64,000 nt of DNA from an uncultured Planctomycetota bacterium (GCA_963849325.1 CAWKHF010000004.1:352001-416000), one strand, 5' to 3'. Counted from the first letter of the stretch, positions 36,564 through 47,472 are shown. Notes: generated from the sequence alone by a model not told the origin. A program made the numbers and translations.

Positions 36564-36778
36564 AACACTCTCCCAGGCCAGGCCCAATTACAGATCCATG
36601 AGAGTTATTGGCCGGTAAGGCCGAAAACCTTACACGCCGCGATGTTTTTCCCCAGCGAGCCGCCGCAGCAGCCGGCGAGGAAGCACTCGTGTTCGTCACG
36701 GCGGGGGCCGTTGGACCCTACTGACTTGTTTTCCCCATCAGACAGTTTATTCTGAGTAAGGAACAACGGCCCGGAATC

Positions 36779-36908
36779 CTGAGTTCTGAGTTCTGAGTTC
36801 TGAGTTCTGAGTGGTCCTGGTGGATCATCCTGCTCCCCTCAGAGAATCAGCCTTCTTCCGCCGAATTTGCCTTCCACTCAGAACTCAGAACTCAGAACTC
36901 AGAACTCA
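36779..36908. repeat. Inverted 7-mer tandem arrays upstream of ECF sigma
   Basis: (ctgagtt)n at about 36779-36812 and (actcaga)n at about 36877-36908. Confidence 0.92.
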
Positions 36909-36927
36909 CCAAGGCCAGGTCGCGAGA

Positions 36928-37543
36928 ATGAGTGGCGCTCTGCTTACTCGTGCGAGTTTACTAGCTCGACTGGGCGATCCCTCCGATGGCGCGGCCTGGC
37001 AGCAGTTCGTGGAGTTGTACGGCAGTCTGGTCTACGGCTTCGCCCGTCAGCGCGGCTTGCAGGATGCCGACGCGGCGGATTTAACGCAGGAAGTCTTTCT
37101 GGCGATCGCGCAGACGGCCGGCCGTTGGCACTACGATCGCCGGCAAGGCTCCTTCCGCGGTTGGCTCTACGGTCTCACGCACAACAAGATCGCCAAATTC
37201 TTTCAGCGACGGCGCGGCCAGGCAATCGGCACGGGGCGACAGCAACGCCCAGCAGCGGCTGGCCGAGGAGCCTGGCCCGGAGCCGGACCTGGAAGCGGCC
37301 TGGGAACAGGAGTATCGGCAACAGCTCTTCCGTCTGGCCGCCGCTCAGGTCCAGAAGCACTTCGCTCCGACGACCTGGCTGGCCTTCTGGCGGACCGCCG
37401 TCGAGGGCCAGAGCGGCGCTGCCGTCGCCGAGGAGCTGGGGCTTTCCGTCGGCGCCGTTTACGTGGCCCGCAGTCGCGTCCTGGCACGGCTGAGCGAGCA
37501 GGTTCGGCAAATGCAATCCTCGCTTTCCAGTTCGGAGTTCTGA
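36928..37543 (+). CDS. ECF sigma factor, kinase-associated planctomycete type, frameshift near 37235
   Basis: TRASLLARL..AWQQFVELY, DAADLTQEVF, GSFRGWL; second frame TTWLAFWRTAVEG..VAEELGLSVGAVYVARSRVLARL. Confidence 0.9.
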
Positions 37544-37568
37544 TACGTGTTGCGGGTGATGATGTCTC

Positions 37569-37630
37569 GTTTAGCCGCGATGCGCAGCGGAGCCGGCAGA
37601 CCCGCGCTCCGCTGTGCGTCGCGGCTAAAC
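37569..37630. repeat. REP-like palindrome, family A copy 2
   Basis: GTTTAGCCGCGATGCGCAGCGGAGC ... GCTCCGCTGTGCGTCGCGGCTAAAC. Confidence 0.9.
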
Positions 37631-37658
37631 GGAGAAGAAATAGCGAGAACAATCGACC

Positions 37659-39930
37659 ATGTGTACTCCGAACTCAGAACTCAGAACTCAGAACTTCGGT
37701 TGTCCTTCCGCGAGTCGCTTGCAGCGGCTGCTCGCGGAGACGCCCCCGGCGGAAGACCAGGCTCCACTTGTGATCCATCTGGAAAACTGTCCTTCCTGCC
37801 AGCGACGGCTGGACGAGTTGGCCGGGGCCGACCCCGCCCTCCTCGACGCCGCCCGGGCCTTGCAACAGCAGCACGGATACGGAAGAAACCTCCCTGCGGC
37901 GTGTTCTGGACAAGGTTAGCGGCGATGCGAAGTTGATGACCCTGTACCGCTCGCACCACGGAGGATCGTGGCAATCGTCGCCTCTTCAGCCGGCGGCATC
38001 TCTCGATCTCCTCGGCACGCTGGAGGGCTACGAGATCACCGAGGTGCTCGGCCAGGGCGGCATGGGACAGGTGTTCAAGGCCTACGAGCACGCCCTCAAG
38101 CGCTGGGTGGCGATCAAGGTGATGGCTCCGTACCTGGCCGGCGAGGAGGTGGCGCGGCGGCGGTTCGCGCGGGAGGCTCAGGCCGCCGCGGCCGTGCGTC
38201 ACGAAAACGTCATCACCATCCACGCTGTCCGCGAGGCCAACGGATTGCCTTTCTTCGTCATGGAGTACGTCGCCGGCGGCTCGCTGCAGGATTACCTCGA
38301 CCGTCAGACGCCGCCCGACTGGAGCACGGTCGCCCGCCTGGGCGCCGAGGTCGCCTCGGGCCTGGCGGCGGCCCACGCCAAGGGACTGATCCACCGCGAC
38401 ATCAAACCCTCGAACATCCTGCTGCGAACCGACGAGTCCGCCGCCGAGCCGGGCCTGGCCAAGATCAGCGATTTCGGCCTGGCCCGCATCGCCGACGAGT
38501 CGCGTCTGACGCAGACGGGCCTGATCGCGGGCACGCCGATGTACATGGCCCCCGAGCAAGTCCTGGGCGAGGCGCTCGACCACCGTGCCGATCTGTTTAG
38601 CCTCGGCAGCGTCCTGTATACCCTGTGTACCGGCCGCGAGCCGTTCGTCGGCGACGGTGCGATGGCCGTCATCCGCCAGGTATGCGAGGTGACGCCGCCG
38701 CCGGTCGCGGAAGTCAACCCGGCCATCCCTCCCTGGTTGGCCGCGGTCATCGAACGGCTGCACGCCAAGCGCCCCGAGGATCGCTTCGCCTCGGCCAGCG
38801 AGGTGGCGGACTTGCTGCGTTACAACCTGGAGCATCCCCAACAACCGCGCGCCGTGTCGCGGCCTGTGGGCGAGGAGCGAAGGCGTCGGAAAAGAACTCG
38901 GCGCCGGCTCCTGGCCCTGGCCAGCGCACTCCTGTTGCTGAGTGTCCTGATGCTGGGCACTCCCCTCTGGAAGACGTACTGGCTCAGCCCTTCGGCTCCG
39001 GACAGCAGCGCCGTCCTCACCGCTGGGGGCGCGGGCGATTCTGCGCGGCCACAGTGGGCCGGTCTGGTCGGTGTCGTTTTCGCCGGATGGCCAGTCGTTG
39101 GCCAGCGGCAGCGACGATACCACCTTACGCCTCTGGGATACCGCGAGCGGCCGGGAGAGAAACGTCCTGTCCGGCCACAGCACGGCCGTCCTGGCCGTGG
39201 CTTTCGCTCACTCGGGCCGGTTCCTCCTCAGCAGCAGCGGCGACGGCGCCATCCGTCTCTGGGACGTGGCGACGGGCCAGGAGCAACCACCTCCTCTGAC
39301 GCACCACAACAGCAATGCACGCCGCATCGCCCTTTCTCCCGACGACCAGACGGTGGCAATGGGCAACAACACGCAGGGCGTCGATCTGTGGGATCTCCGG
39401 CGCGCCAGCTCCGCCAGTCGCTGCCAGGAGACCACGGCACCATCCTGGCCCTTGCATTCGCGCCGGACGGCCACACCTTGGCGACCGGAGACGCTCGCGG
39501 CCGCATCCGCTTGTGGGAGCCGGCGACCGGAAAGGAACGAGTCCGTTTCTCCGGCGATCCGCTGGGCGTCCGCGCCCTGGCCTTCGCTCCGGATAGCCGC
39601 ACCCTCGCCTCGGCCGGCACCGGCGACCGCGACGTGAAACTGTGGGACGTGACCGACCACCGCCACGTCCGGACGTTTTCCGGATCGGTGAGCGCTCCTC
39701 TGTGTCTGACCTTTTCGCCCGACGGCACGATTCTCGCCGCCGGTACGCGCGATGGCGCCGCGCTCCTCTGGGACGTGGCTTCCGCGCAAACCCGTGCGAC
39801 CCTCTCCGCTCATCAGGGGGCCGTCTGGGCCTTGACCTTCCATCCCAACGGACGCCTCTTTGCCACGGGCGGGGAAGACCGACTCGTCAAGTTGTGGGAC
39901 ACGGTTGAGCGAACCGCCCCGCAGCCCTGA
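37659..39930 (+). CDS. Ser/Thr kinase with N-terminal HxxxCxxC motif, TM helix and WD40 repeats (frameshifts)
   Basis: HLENCPSC; GQGGMG, VAIK, HRDIKPSN, DFG, YMAPE; TM; repeats such as FSPDGQSLASGSDDTTLRLWD, GEDRLVKLWD. Confidence 0.9.
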
Positions 39931-39944
39931 CCATTCTCCGCATA

Positions 39945-41474
39945 TTACCCCGGCCCGGAAGTTGCGCATGTAGGACGGCATGCGCCTTCGCGGCGCACAA
40001 AGAGGACGGCATCCCCGCGTTGCTCCACCTGACGCCATGCCGGCGAACGCTCCACCAACGGCAACAGGTCGTGGTGATAGCCGCTGGCGTCGAGAAGAAG
40101 ACAATTCACACCGTAATTCGTCAGAATGTCTTCCCAGTCAGCCCGGCCGCGGGTGACGGCGCTGTACTGCAACCAGATCTCGTCGGGGATGATTTCGATG
40201 CGACCGTCCATGAAAACGGTGTAGCGCGGGGCGAGACTCCAGCCGAGGTACTCGCCCCAGGCGAAGCGCGTGAAGATCCGTCCGCCGCCCTCGGCGCTCA
40301 GTCGATCGGCGATCAATTGCAGGTCGGTCTCGGTACGATGGGCCCGGCCCGGTCGTGCCAGGACGGGATTGAATGCTTCCAGCCACGGCAGACTCAGGAC
40401 CATCGCCGCGACGAGGACGCCACAGGCGAGGGCGTTGCCGGGAGAGGGGTGGTCGTCGGTGACATCGAGTTGTTGCAGGCGTGGCCAGAGATCGGTCAAG
40501 CGGGCGGCGAGGATGGGAGCACAAATCAACAGCCACCAGGCGACCATGCGAACGGAGCCGCAGGCCAGCGGCAGGAAACCACAGATCAGACAAATCTCCG
40601 ACCAACTCGGCCGCCGACGCGACCAGGCGAATAGGACCAGCAACAGGAGCAGCGACAGCACCCAGACCTTGCCGGTCAGCAGATGCATTCCCGGCGGAAG
40701 CCACTCGTCGATGGGCCGTCCCGACGCCCTGTCCGAAGTCAGTCCGACATAGTGGTAAACGCGCCAGCCGTAGGGATTGACCAGCGTGGCCGCCACGCTC
40801 GCGGTCAGACACAACAGCCATGCCATCGGGCGAGCGGGGGGCGTAAGCCCCCTGTTCCGAGGCAACAGGGGGCTTACGCCCCCCGCTCGCCCAAAGCCCT
40901 CAATGACGGCAGCCAGGACGTAACAACCGATCAGCACCAGGCCGATGGGAAAGCCGCCGTGGACGTTCACCCATACGGTCAGGATCAGCGGCGGCAGAAA
41001 CAACAAGCCACGGCGGCGCGGCGCGGCCTCCAGGGTAGCGTAAAGGACGACGAACAAGAGCAGCGACAGCGTTTGCGGCCGGATGATGAGCAGCTGCCAC
41101 AGACCGAAGAAGGCGAAGATGCAAACGGCAACGGACACGAGCAGCGAGCCGGAACGTCGCCACGTCAAGCCCACGAGTACCGCCATCATCATCGCCAGAA
41201 TGGCGGAGTTCACCACCTGCACGAGGGGGAGACCGCCGACCGTGTACAGCCGATAGAACACCACCTGCCAGCCCCAGTTGACATCCTGCAAGGGCTGGCC
41301 GTGTACGGTGTAGGTGAAACGATCGACGTCGAGGAGGCGGCCCTCCGTGACGATGGCCCGACCGCGAGCGAGATGGTGCCAGAGATCGGTCTGGTAGTTG
41401 CGATCGATGGCGGTGGCGATGAAGACCAGGGCCGGCGCCAACAAAGCCCGCGTCCAGCGATCCGTGGGAAGCAT
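39945..41474 (-). CDS. Polytopic membrane protein, GT-C glycosyltransferase-like
   Basis: DLWHHLARGR, IRPQTLS, WVNVHGGF, VNPYG, IDEWLP, WGEYL, FMDGR; many TM segments. Confidence 0.7.
   Translation of the reverse strand: MLPTDRWTRALLAPALVFIATAIDRNYQTDLWHHLARGRAIVTEGRLLDVDRFTYTVHGQPLQDVNWGWQVVFYRLYTVGGLPLVQVVNSAILAMMMAVLVGLTWRRSGSLLVSVAVCIFAFFGLWQLLIIRPQTLSLLLFVVLYATLEAAPRRRGLLFLPPLILTVWVNVHGGFPIGLVLIGCYVLAAVIEGFGRAGGVSPLLPRNRGLTPPARPMAWLLCLTASVAATLVNPYGWRVYHYVGLTSDRASGRPIDEWLPPGMHLLTGKVWVLSLLLLLVLFAWSRRRPSWSEICLICGFLPLACGSVRMVAWWLLICAPILAARLTDLWPRLQQLDVTDDHPSPGNALACGVLVAAMVLSLPWLEAFNPVLARPGRAHRTETDLQLIADRLSAEGGGRIFTRFAWGEYLGWSLAPRYTVFMDGRIEIIPDEIWLQYSAVTRGRADWEDILTNYGVNCLLLDASGYHHDLLPLVERSPAWRQVEQRGDAVLFVRREGACRPTCATSGPG
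40828..40892. repeat. Perfect 29 bp inverted repeat (REP-like family B) read through in frame in a CDS
   Basis: GGGCGAGCGGGGGGCGTAAGCCCCCTGTT-7nt-AACAGGGGGCTTACGCCCCCCGCTCGCCC. Confidence 0.92.
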
Positions 41475-41475
41475 A

Positions 41476-41571
41476 TCCGCTCTCCGCTTTCCGCTTTCCG
41501 CTTTCCACTATCCAACTATAGGTCCGAATCTCTCGGATGGCAGACAACGAGAGCGGAGAGCGGAAAGCGGA
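41476..41571. repeat. Inverted 7-mer tandem arrays (TCCGCTT)n ... (AGCGGAR)n
   Basis: tccgctctccgctttccgctttccgctttcc and gagagcggagagcggaaagcgga fill the intergenic gap. Confidence 0.88.
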
Positions 41572-43059
41572 TTATTTGAGGTGCGCCTCGCGGAGATCGC
41601 GGAGCTTTTGCAAGGCGGGTTTGGGATGGTCGTGGGGATCGAGGAGGCCGCTGTGCGGGAATTGATGTGGCTCAGCGTCGCGGAAGTGTACCCACTGCAC
41701 GCCCTGCACGTAGGGTTTGCACAGGGCCAGGGCGGCGACGTCGGCCGCCCAGTCGGCCTGCACCTCCGGAGTGAAGCCGCTGCCCCAGTGGCCGCCCTCG
41801 ACCTGCAAATCGGGGTCGGCGTCGGCGTCGGGTTCGGCCGACGACGGATAGCCGAGCGTGACGCGCAAGTGTACGCCCAGCAGGGCGTATAAATCGAGCA
41901 CGCGCGACACTTCCAGGAGATCGCGGCAATAACTGCCGCGCGGCGTCACGCCCATGACCAGCTCCACGTTCAGGGCGGACAGGTTCAACCCGGAGCGAAT
42001 GAGCGTGTCGGCGAAGATGAACGGCGAATGAGTGCGGTCGGCCAGGGCCATATACTCGCCCCAGGGCTGGGCCACGCCGACGGTCAACTCCAGCGCCGGA
42101 TCGACCTGGCGGGCCGACTCGGCCAGGCGGTAGGTCAGTCCGAGCAAGTCGTCTTCCGACAGCGACAGGACGTTGCCGCAGTTGCTCGCCGCCGTCAGCT
42201 GCCAGCGACGGATGCGGCCGCGATAGCGGCGCACCGTCGTCTCGACGAAACGGCACATGAACGTCGCCAGGCCGGGCAGATCGCGCTCCCACTGCCACAG
42301 CCAGGCCGGCAGCCGGGCCGACGAGAAGTCGAGCAGCGGACCCGCCGAAACGTCCAGCTTTTGCGCCAGCGCCCAGTCCAGAAGCGCATCGCACTCCTGC
42401 CAGCGGAAATTCCCTTCCTCCGTCTCGATGGTGTCCCACGAGAACGGCAGGACCACGGTGTTGAACGCCGGCACGAACTGGTCCGTCACCTCGGGCGGCG
42501 GCACGGTCATGCTCAGGCGGCAAGCCAGGGCCGTGTCGAGTCGGGCTTGCCGTTGGTGGCGGATGTGAAAGACTTGCTGGACGTAGGCGCGAACGAGCCG
42601 CTCGGCGGCCTGGTAGGCCAGATCGAGGGTCGTCTGCGCCTGCTGGCTGGCTTCGTCGGCCGGGACGCCGGTGATGGCGTGGGCGAACGCCAGGCTGGTG
42701 TCGCGGATCTGCTGCTCCAACTCTGGCCCCAGCTGCAGGCCGCCGGCGCGCCAGTCGAACGCCTGACAGCGGAGCTGATTGACCTTGCCGCGAGCCAGCT
42801 CGACGAGCAGGTTGTAGGGACGGGAGCGTTCGATGAGCGTGGCGGAGGTGCCCATCATCCGGCCGCGTCCATCGATGGTCCACGGCACGATCAGATAGCC
42901 GCTCTCGTCCACGACCCGGCTGACGGTGAGCTGATTGGCGGTGAAACGTAGTTCGGTCGGCCAGGGCATGTTGTCCGGCCCGCCGGCCATGCAAGTACGT
43001 TTCAGCTCGCGCAAGGCGTCCGCCGTGGAGGACGGCAGCTGAAACGTCATCGTGCCCAT
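41572..43059 (-). CDS. GH10-like TIM-barrel protein (conserved planctomycete type)
   Basis: LARGKVNQLR, FNTVVLPFSWDTIETEEGNFRW, LPAWL, RYRGRIRRWQL, SGLLDPHDHPKPAL. Confidence 0.75.
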   Translation of the reverse strand: MGTMTFQLPSSTADALRELKRTCMAGGPDNMPWPTELRFTANQLTVSRVVDESGYLIVPWTIDGRGRMMGTSATLIERSRPYNLLVELARGKVNQLRCQAFDWRAGGLQLGPELEQQIRDTSLAFAHAITGVPADEASQQAQTTLDLAYQAAERLVRAYVQQVFHIRHQRQARLDTALACRLSMTVPPPEVTDQFVPAFNTVVLPFSWDTIETEEGNFRWQECDALLDWALAQKLDVSAGPLLDFSSARLPAWLWQWERDLPGLATFMCRFVETTVRRYRGRIRRWQLTAASNCGNVLSLSEDDLLGLTYRLAESARQVDPALELTVGVAQPWGEYMALADRTHSPFIFADTLIRSGLNLSALNVELVMGVTPRGSYCRDLLEVSRVLDLYALLGVHLRVTLGYPSSAEPDADADPDLQVEGGHWGSGFTPEVQADWAADVAALALCKPYVQGVQWVHFRDAEPHQFPHSGLLDPHDHPKPALQKLRDLREAHLK

Positions 43060-43060
43060 A

Positions 43061-43200
43061 AGGGGTCAGGGGTCAGGGGTCAGGGGTCAGCCGTTGTCGA
43101 TCGACCTTTTGTATCCAGCCTACCGGAGAATCCTTCCAGTAAACTATACACGAAGCTTTTCGCGTCAGCTACCATTCTGTTCCCCGACCCCTGACCCCTC
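43061..43200. repeat. Inverted 7-mer tandem arrays (AGGGGTC)n ... (GACCCCT)n
   Basis: 4 units at 43061-43090; about 2.5 units at 43182-43200 inside the lpxI 3' end. Confidence 0.88.
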
Positions 43201-44124
43201 GGATAAAGCGAGGATCGTCAGCCCGAAGTGGTCGGCCAGGGCGATGGTCTCGGCCTGATCGAGCACAATGGTCTTGTCGGCTTCGATGGCGAGGACGCGG
43301 CCGCCGGCGCGATGCAGGCTCTCGACGGTGGTTCGGCCCACGGTCGGCACGTCGAAGCGCATGTCCTGCCGCGGCTTGGCCACCTTGACGACGACGAAAC
43401 CGCCGGCCCGGCATAGTTGGCCGGCGCGAAGGATGGCCTGATCGGTGCCCTCGATGGCCTCGACGGCGAGCACGGCTCGCTCTTTGACGGCGACACTTTG
43501 GCCGACATCCAGACGGCCCATCTCCTTGGCCATTTCCCAACCGAAGGCGATGTCGCGCTCTTCGCGTGCCGTCGGCGGACGGCGGGTCAGGACTCCGGGA
43601 GGCACGAGCAACTCCGGGCAAAGGGTCAGGGCGCTTTCAAATTGCAGACCATCGCGGGCGAATTCGTCGATGACCGACAGCAGCACCGTATCATCGCGGT
43701 TGTCGCGCCGTTGGCGAAAGTACCACCAGCGCACCGTCCGCCAGTCGGGCAGCAGGGTGAACAGCTTCCAGGGCCGGTGCAGGACGTTGGCCTTGTGTAC
43801 CTTGCCGGCCATGACGACTTGCTGGACGCCTTCGCGCTTGAATAGGCGGATCGTGCGGCCGAGCTGGGCCGGCCCGGTCCAGTGGAAGCGCCGTACCAGC
43901 CAGGCCAACTCCGGCGACGCTTCGCCGCGGATGCCCACGCACACGACCGGCAACCCCAGGCTGCGCGCCTTCTCGGCAAAGGCGATGGGGAATCGTCCCC
44001 AGCCGGCCAGCAGCCCGATCGGCCTTTGACAAGGTGACAAGGTGACAAGGTGACAAGGTGACAAGGAGAAGGAATGACCCGATTTATCCGTGAGCGAGTC
44101 CCCGTCATTCATTTCCATGCCCAT
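43165..44124 (-). CDS. lpxI: UDP-2,3-diacylglucosamine diphosphatase LpxI (DUF1009)
   Basis: IGLLAGWGRFP, MAGKVHK, DVGQSVAV, AVEAIEGTD, KPRQDMRFDVPTVG, LAIEA; adjacent to lpxD; start uncertain. Confidence 0.93.
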   Translation of the reverse strand: MGMEMNDGDSLTDKSGHSFSLSPCHLVTLSPCQRPIGLLAGWGRFPIAFAEKARSLGLPVVCVGIRGEASPELAWLVRRFHWTGPAQLGRTIRLFKREGVQQVVMAGKVHKANVLHRPWKLFTLLPDWRTVRWWYFRQRRDNRDDTVLLSVIDEFARDGLQFESALTLCPELLVPPGVLTRRPPTAREERDIAFGWEMAKEMGRLDVGQSVAVKERAVLAVEAIEGTDQAILRAGQLCRAGGFVVVKVAKPRQDMRFDVPTVGRTTVESLHRAGGRVLAIEADKTIVLDQAETIALADHFGLTILALSEGSGVGEQNGS

Positions 44125-44180
44125 ATCGCCAACTCGACCCTTCTTCACCTTGTCACCTTGTCACCTTGTCACCTTGTCAT
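44027..44180. repeat. Inverted 8-mer tandem arrays (TGACAAGG)n ... (CCTTGTCA)n
   Basis: About 5 units at 44027-44065 and about 4.5 units at 44144-44180; same unit as 35198-35360. Confidence 0.93.
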
Positions 44181-45223
44181 CCGGCGAGACCGAGTTGCTG
44201 CTTCACCTGGCGGACGTCGCGGCACAATTCGGGCAGGCGTCCGAGGCTGAGCAGAATACGTTTTTCCTCGCTCTCCGGCCGGGCGGGCGCGCCGAGCATG
44301 CGCTCGCCGGCCGGCACGTCGCGGACGACGCCGGAACGCGCGCCGATGACGGCCTGATCGTCGATGTGGACGTGGTCGGCGACGCCGACCTGCCCGGCCA
44401 GGACGACGTAATCGCCGCTGCTGCACGAGCCGGCGATGCCCACCTGGCTGACGAACAGATTGTGTTTGCCGATCTGGCAGTTGTGGCCGATCTGCACGAG
44501 GTTGTCGATCTTGGTCCCCGCGCCGATGCGCGTGGCCTGGAAGGTGCCGCGGTCGATGGTCGTGCCGGCGCCGATCTCGACATCGTCGCCGACCTCGACG
44601 CTGCCGAACTGCGGCATCTTGACGTGCCGGCCGTTCTGGAAACGATAGCCGAAGCCATCGGCCCCGAGGACGGCGTTGGCATGGATGATGACGCGATCGC
44701 CGAGCACGGTACCATCGTACAGGACCGCGTGCGGATGCAGGACGACGTCGTCGCCGAGCCGGCAGTTTCGTCCGACGACCGCGCCGCTGAGGAGACGACA
44801 GCGGGCGCCGATGACGCTGTCCTCGCCGACCGAGGCGAACGGATGCAGGGTGGCGTCCGGCCCGATCCGGGCCGTGGGGTGGATGGCGGCGCGGGGGTCG
44901 ATGCTCGGCGGCGGCAGCGCCGGCTGACCGTGCAGGTGGTGAACGATGGCGACGAAGGCCGTCAGCGGATCGCTCACTTCGATGAAGGTGAGGGCCATCC
45001 CGTCGGCGCCGGGCAGTTCGTGCCGGCGGACGACCAGCGACGCAGGCACGACCGCAGTGCGGGCCTTGCACGTTTTCAGATGCCGGGCGTTGCGATCGCT
45101 TTCGACGAAGGTGATGTCGTCGGGTCCGGCTTCGTTCATCGGCCGAGCGGCGTGAAGGATACGCTCCTCGCCGTGAACGCGCCCCTGAACCAGGGCCGCC
45201 AGCTGTGAAACGGTGACAGGCAC
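44177..45223 (-). CDS. lpxD: UDP-3-O-acylglucosamine N-acyltransferase
   Basis: Hexapeptide repeats, [39 protein letters not shown]. Confidence 0.97.
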   Translation of the reverse strand: MPVTVSQLAALVQGRVHGEERILHAARPMNEAGPDDITFVESDRNARHLKTCKARTAVVPASLVVRRHELPGADGMALTFIEVSDPLTAFVAIVHHLHGQPALPPPSIDPRAAIHPTARIGPDATLHPFASVGEDSVIGARCRLLSGAVVGRNCRLGDDVVLHPHAVLYDGTVLGDRVIIHANAVLGADGFGYRFQNGRHVKMPQFGSVEVGDDVEIGAGTTIDRGTFQATRIGAGTKIDNLVQIGHNCQIGKHNLFVSQVGIAGSCSSGDYVVLAGQVGVADHVHIDDQAVIGARSGVVRDVPAGERMLGAPARPESEEKRILLSLGRLPELCRDVRQVKQQLGLAG

Positions 45224-45377
45224 TTGTCTGCGCCCCTTTCTGCCGTGAAAGGCGCACTCCGCCCGTCCGTGGGCTGGAGTGAAGCGGCGCGATCATAACT
45301 CGCCGCTCCGTCCGCGTCCATGCGAATTCAGCCCACCAGCTTCTTGGACTTTGATCCGACCTAGCGGGCCGCGGTAA

Positions 45378-46325
45378 TCAGGTGAGTAGCGGCTTGATGA
45401 AGATGTTTCGCCAGCGGCAGACCGCGCCGGGGGCCCAACGGTCTTTACCCAGCTTGTCGTTGGGACCGTTGCTATGCACCTCCAACGACAAGTGTCCGCG
45501 CCGGCCCAGGCGCTCCAGAACGGCTTTCTTGTCGTAGCCAGGCCATTCAATCTTCGCGGTGTCCATCGCGCAGATCTTCGTGCCGTTGATCCAGGTCGTC
45601 AGGCGGGGAAGTTCCCCTTCACTGCGAATCTTGAATGTATTCCACGTGCCAAACTTCCAGGTCTTCAAGAACTCTTCCACCGGGGCCGCATACGTCAAGA
45701 GACGACGCTTGTCCTCCGTTACCGGCCGAAACGCCTTCTTGGGGTCCGACTCTTTCAAGCCAAAGGGTCGCCCTTGGTCATCGCGCACGGCCGTGAAACA
45801 GTACGGAAGAGCGTGAAAGTTTCCCAACCCATTGCCGTAGAAGCCGCCGATGCCACCGTCCTTGCGATGGTCGATCAGGATCTGAAAGCCGACATTTCCG
45901 GCGGGCGTGGTACGAACCAACACCCCCGTGTCTACGGACCAATCGGGGTTGGCATCAATCAGCAACTCAAAGTCGTCGAAGGCTTCGTCGGACACGAGAT
46001 AGCCGCCCAGCCCGGAAGCGGGCGGATCTTGCTCACCGATCAGGATGCCGTCTTGGACGGTCCAATGGCCACGGCTGTGCAGGGTTTTTTCGTAAAGAGC
46101 AACCTTCTCCGCCGGGGCGTTTTTCGGCGGCTTGGGGCTGGGTCGCGGCATAGCCTGCCAACCCGTAAGGGTCTTGCCGTCAAACAGACTGCGAAAGCCT
46201 TCGGGGATCCCTGGGGACGAGTCAGCGCCGACAGAGCTTTTGTCGCGGCACCCCAACACCAACCCCGAGACAACCAGAGCAGAACTGGTTTGCAGAAACC
46301 GACGACGCGACGTTTTCCCGTTCAT
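45378..46325 (-). CDS. DUF1080 (3-keto-disaccharide hydrolase-like) protein with Tat/lipoprotein signal
   Basis: SRRRFL..VLGC; SLFDGKTLTGW, FDDFEL, WNTFKI, WING, GHLSLEVH, WRNIFIK. Confidence 0.88.
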   Translation of the reverse strand: MNGKTSRRRFLQTSSALVVSGLVLGCRDKSSVGADSSPGIPEGFRSLFDGKTLTGWQAMPRPSPKPPKNAPAEKVALYEKTLHSRGHWTVQDGILIGEQDPPASGLGGYLVSDEAFDDFELLIDANPDWSVDTGVLVRTTPAGNVGFQILIDHRKDGGIGGFYGNGLGNFHALPYCFTAVRDDQGRPFGLKESDPKKAFRPVTEDKRRLLTYAAPVEEFLKTWKFGTWNTFKIRSEGELPRLTTWINGTKICAMDTAKIEWPGYDKKAVLERLGRRGHLSLEVHSNGPNDKLGKDRWAPGAVCRWRNIFIKPLLT

Positions 46326-46383
46326 GGTCGTTCTCCCCTCCTGTATTCGAGAGGCTGGGATCCGCCACCCAAACTCCCAGAAA

Positions 46384-47298
46384 CTATTCGCGCACCAGCT
46401 TCTTGAGGGCGTCGATGTGGCGCGGCACCGCCGTGCGGGCGTCCTCGGCGGCTTCGTACTCCAGGGCGACGTAACCGCGATACTCGACCTGGCGCAGGAT
46501 GTCGATCAGGCGTTTCAGGTCCGCGTCTTCCGGCTTCTTCATGCCGGCCCGATGGATCTCGGTCTTGAGCTGCACCGTTACGGCGTAAGGGGCCAGCTTC
46601 GCCAGGTCGGCGTAGGGATCGGCGGTGTGGAAGTTGCCCGTGTCGAGGTTGACGCCGAACCAGTCATGCTTGACCGCCCTGACCAGCGCCAGAACCTGCT
46701 CGGCCGTTCCCGTGATGCCACCGTGATTCTCCAGAGCGAGGAAGACACCATGGCGGGCGGCGTGATCGCACGCTTCCTGGATGGCCGCGATACAGCGCTG
46801 GCGGGCCTTGTCTTCGCTGTCGCCCTTGACCACGTTGCCGGCGAAAATGCGCATGGTCTTGGCGCCGAGGCGGGCGCTGTGCTCGATCCATTGCTTGACG
46901 GAATCGATCTGCTCCTTGAGCTTATCGGCGTCGGCCACGCAGAAATTGTTGCCGACCGCCGTTCCGCTCACGTCCAGACCGAGGCGTGTGCAATGCCCCT
47001 TGAGGTGCGCTAGGTAGTCCGGCGTCGTTTGCGGGAAGTAGTAGGCGGTCAGCTCGACAGCGTCGAGGTCCATACCGGCGGCAAGGTCGATGAAGTCGTC
47101 GAGCGTCATCGCCGGTTTCGGCTTGCGCTTGAGATCGAGCGCCTGCCGGAAGCTATAGGCGGCAAGGCTGAGACGGATGCGAGATGGTCCACTGCGGCGG
47201 ATCGGCTCGATGGCCCCGGCGGAACCGGCGCCGAGGGCCAATCCGGTGCCGGCGAACAGCGACGAATGCAGGAACTGGCGGCGTGTCGTGGTGTTCAT
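46384..47298 (-). CDS. Sugar phosphate isomerase/epimerase (AP2Ec TIM barrel), Tat signal
   Basis: TRRQFL; LALENHGG, NLDTGNF, YRGYVALEYE. Confidence 0.9.
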   Translation of the reverse strand: MNTTTRRQFLHSSLFAGTGLALGAGSAGAIEPIRRSGPSRIRLSLAAYSFRQALDLKRKPKPAMTLDDFIDLAAGMDLDAVELTAYYFPQTTPDYLAHLKGHCTRLGLDVSGTAVGNNFCVADADKLKEQIDSVKQWIEHSARLGAKTMRIFAGNVVKGDSEDKARQRCIAAIQEACDHAARHGVFLALENHGGITGTAEQVLALVRAVKHDWFGVNLDTGNFHTADPYADLAKLAPYAVTVQLKTEIHRAGMKKPEDADLKRLIDILRQVEYRGYVALEYEAAEDARTAVPRHIDALKKLVRE

Positions 47299-47392
47299 GG
47301 GGATGGAGACTCCTGGTGGGGGATCGCAGGCGAGCAGACAGGGAGAGTATATATCGATTCCGGCGAACGGGGACGGCGGCTGGCGGACAAAA

Positions 47393-47448
47393 CGAGCCGC
47401 GACCGTCAGGGAGCGGAGAAAGCCTCGCTCCCTGATGGTCGCGGCTCG
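47393..47448. repeat. REP-like palindrome, family C
   Basis: CGAGCCGCGACCGTCAGGGAGCG ... CGCTCCCTGATGGTCGCGGCTCG. Confidence 0.85.
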
Positions 47449-47472
47449 GACAGCGTCACGCCGTTCCCCCGG

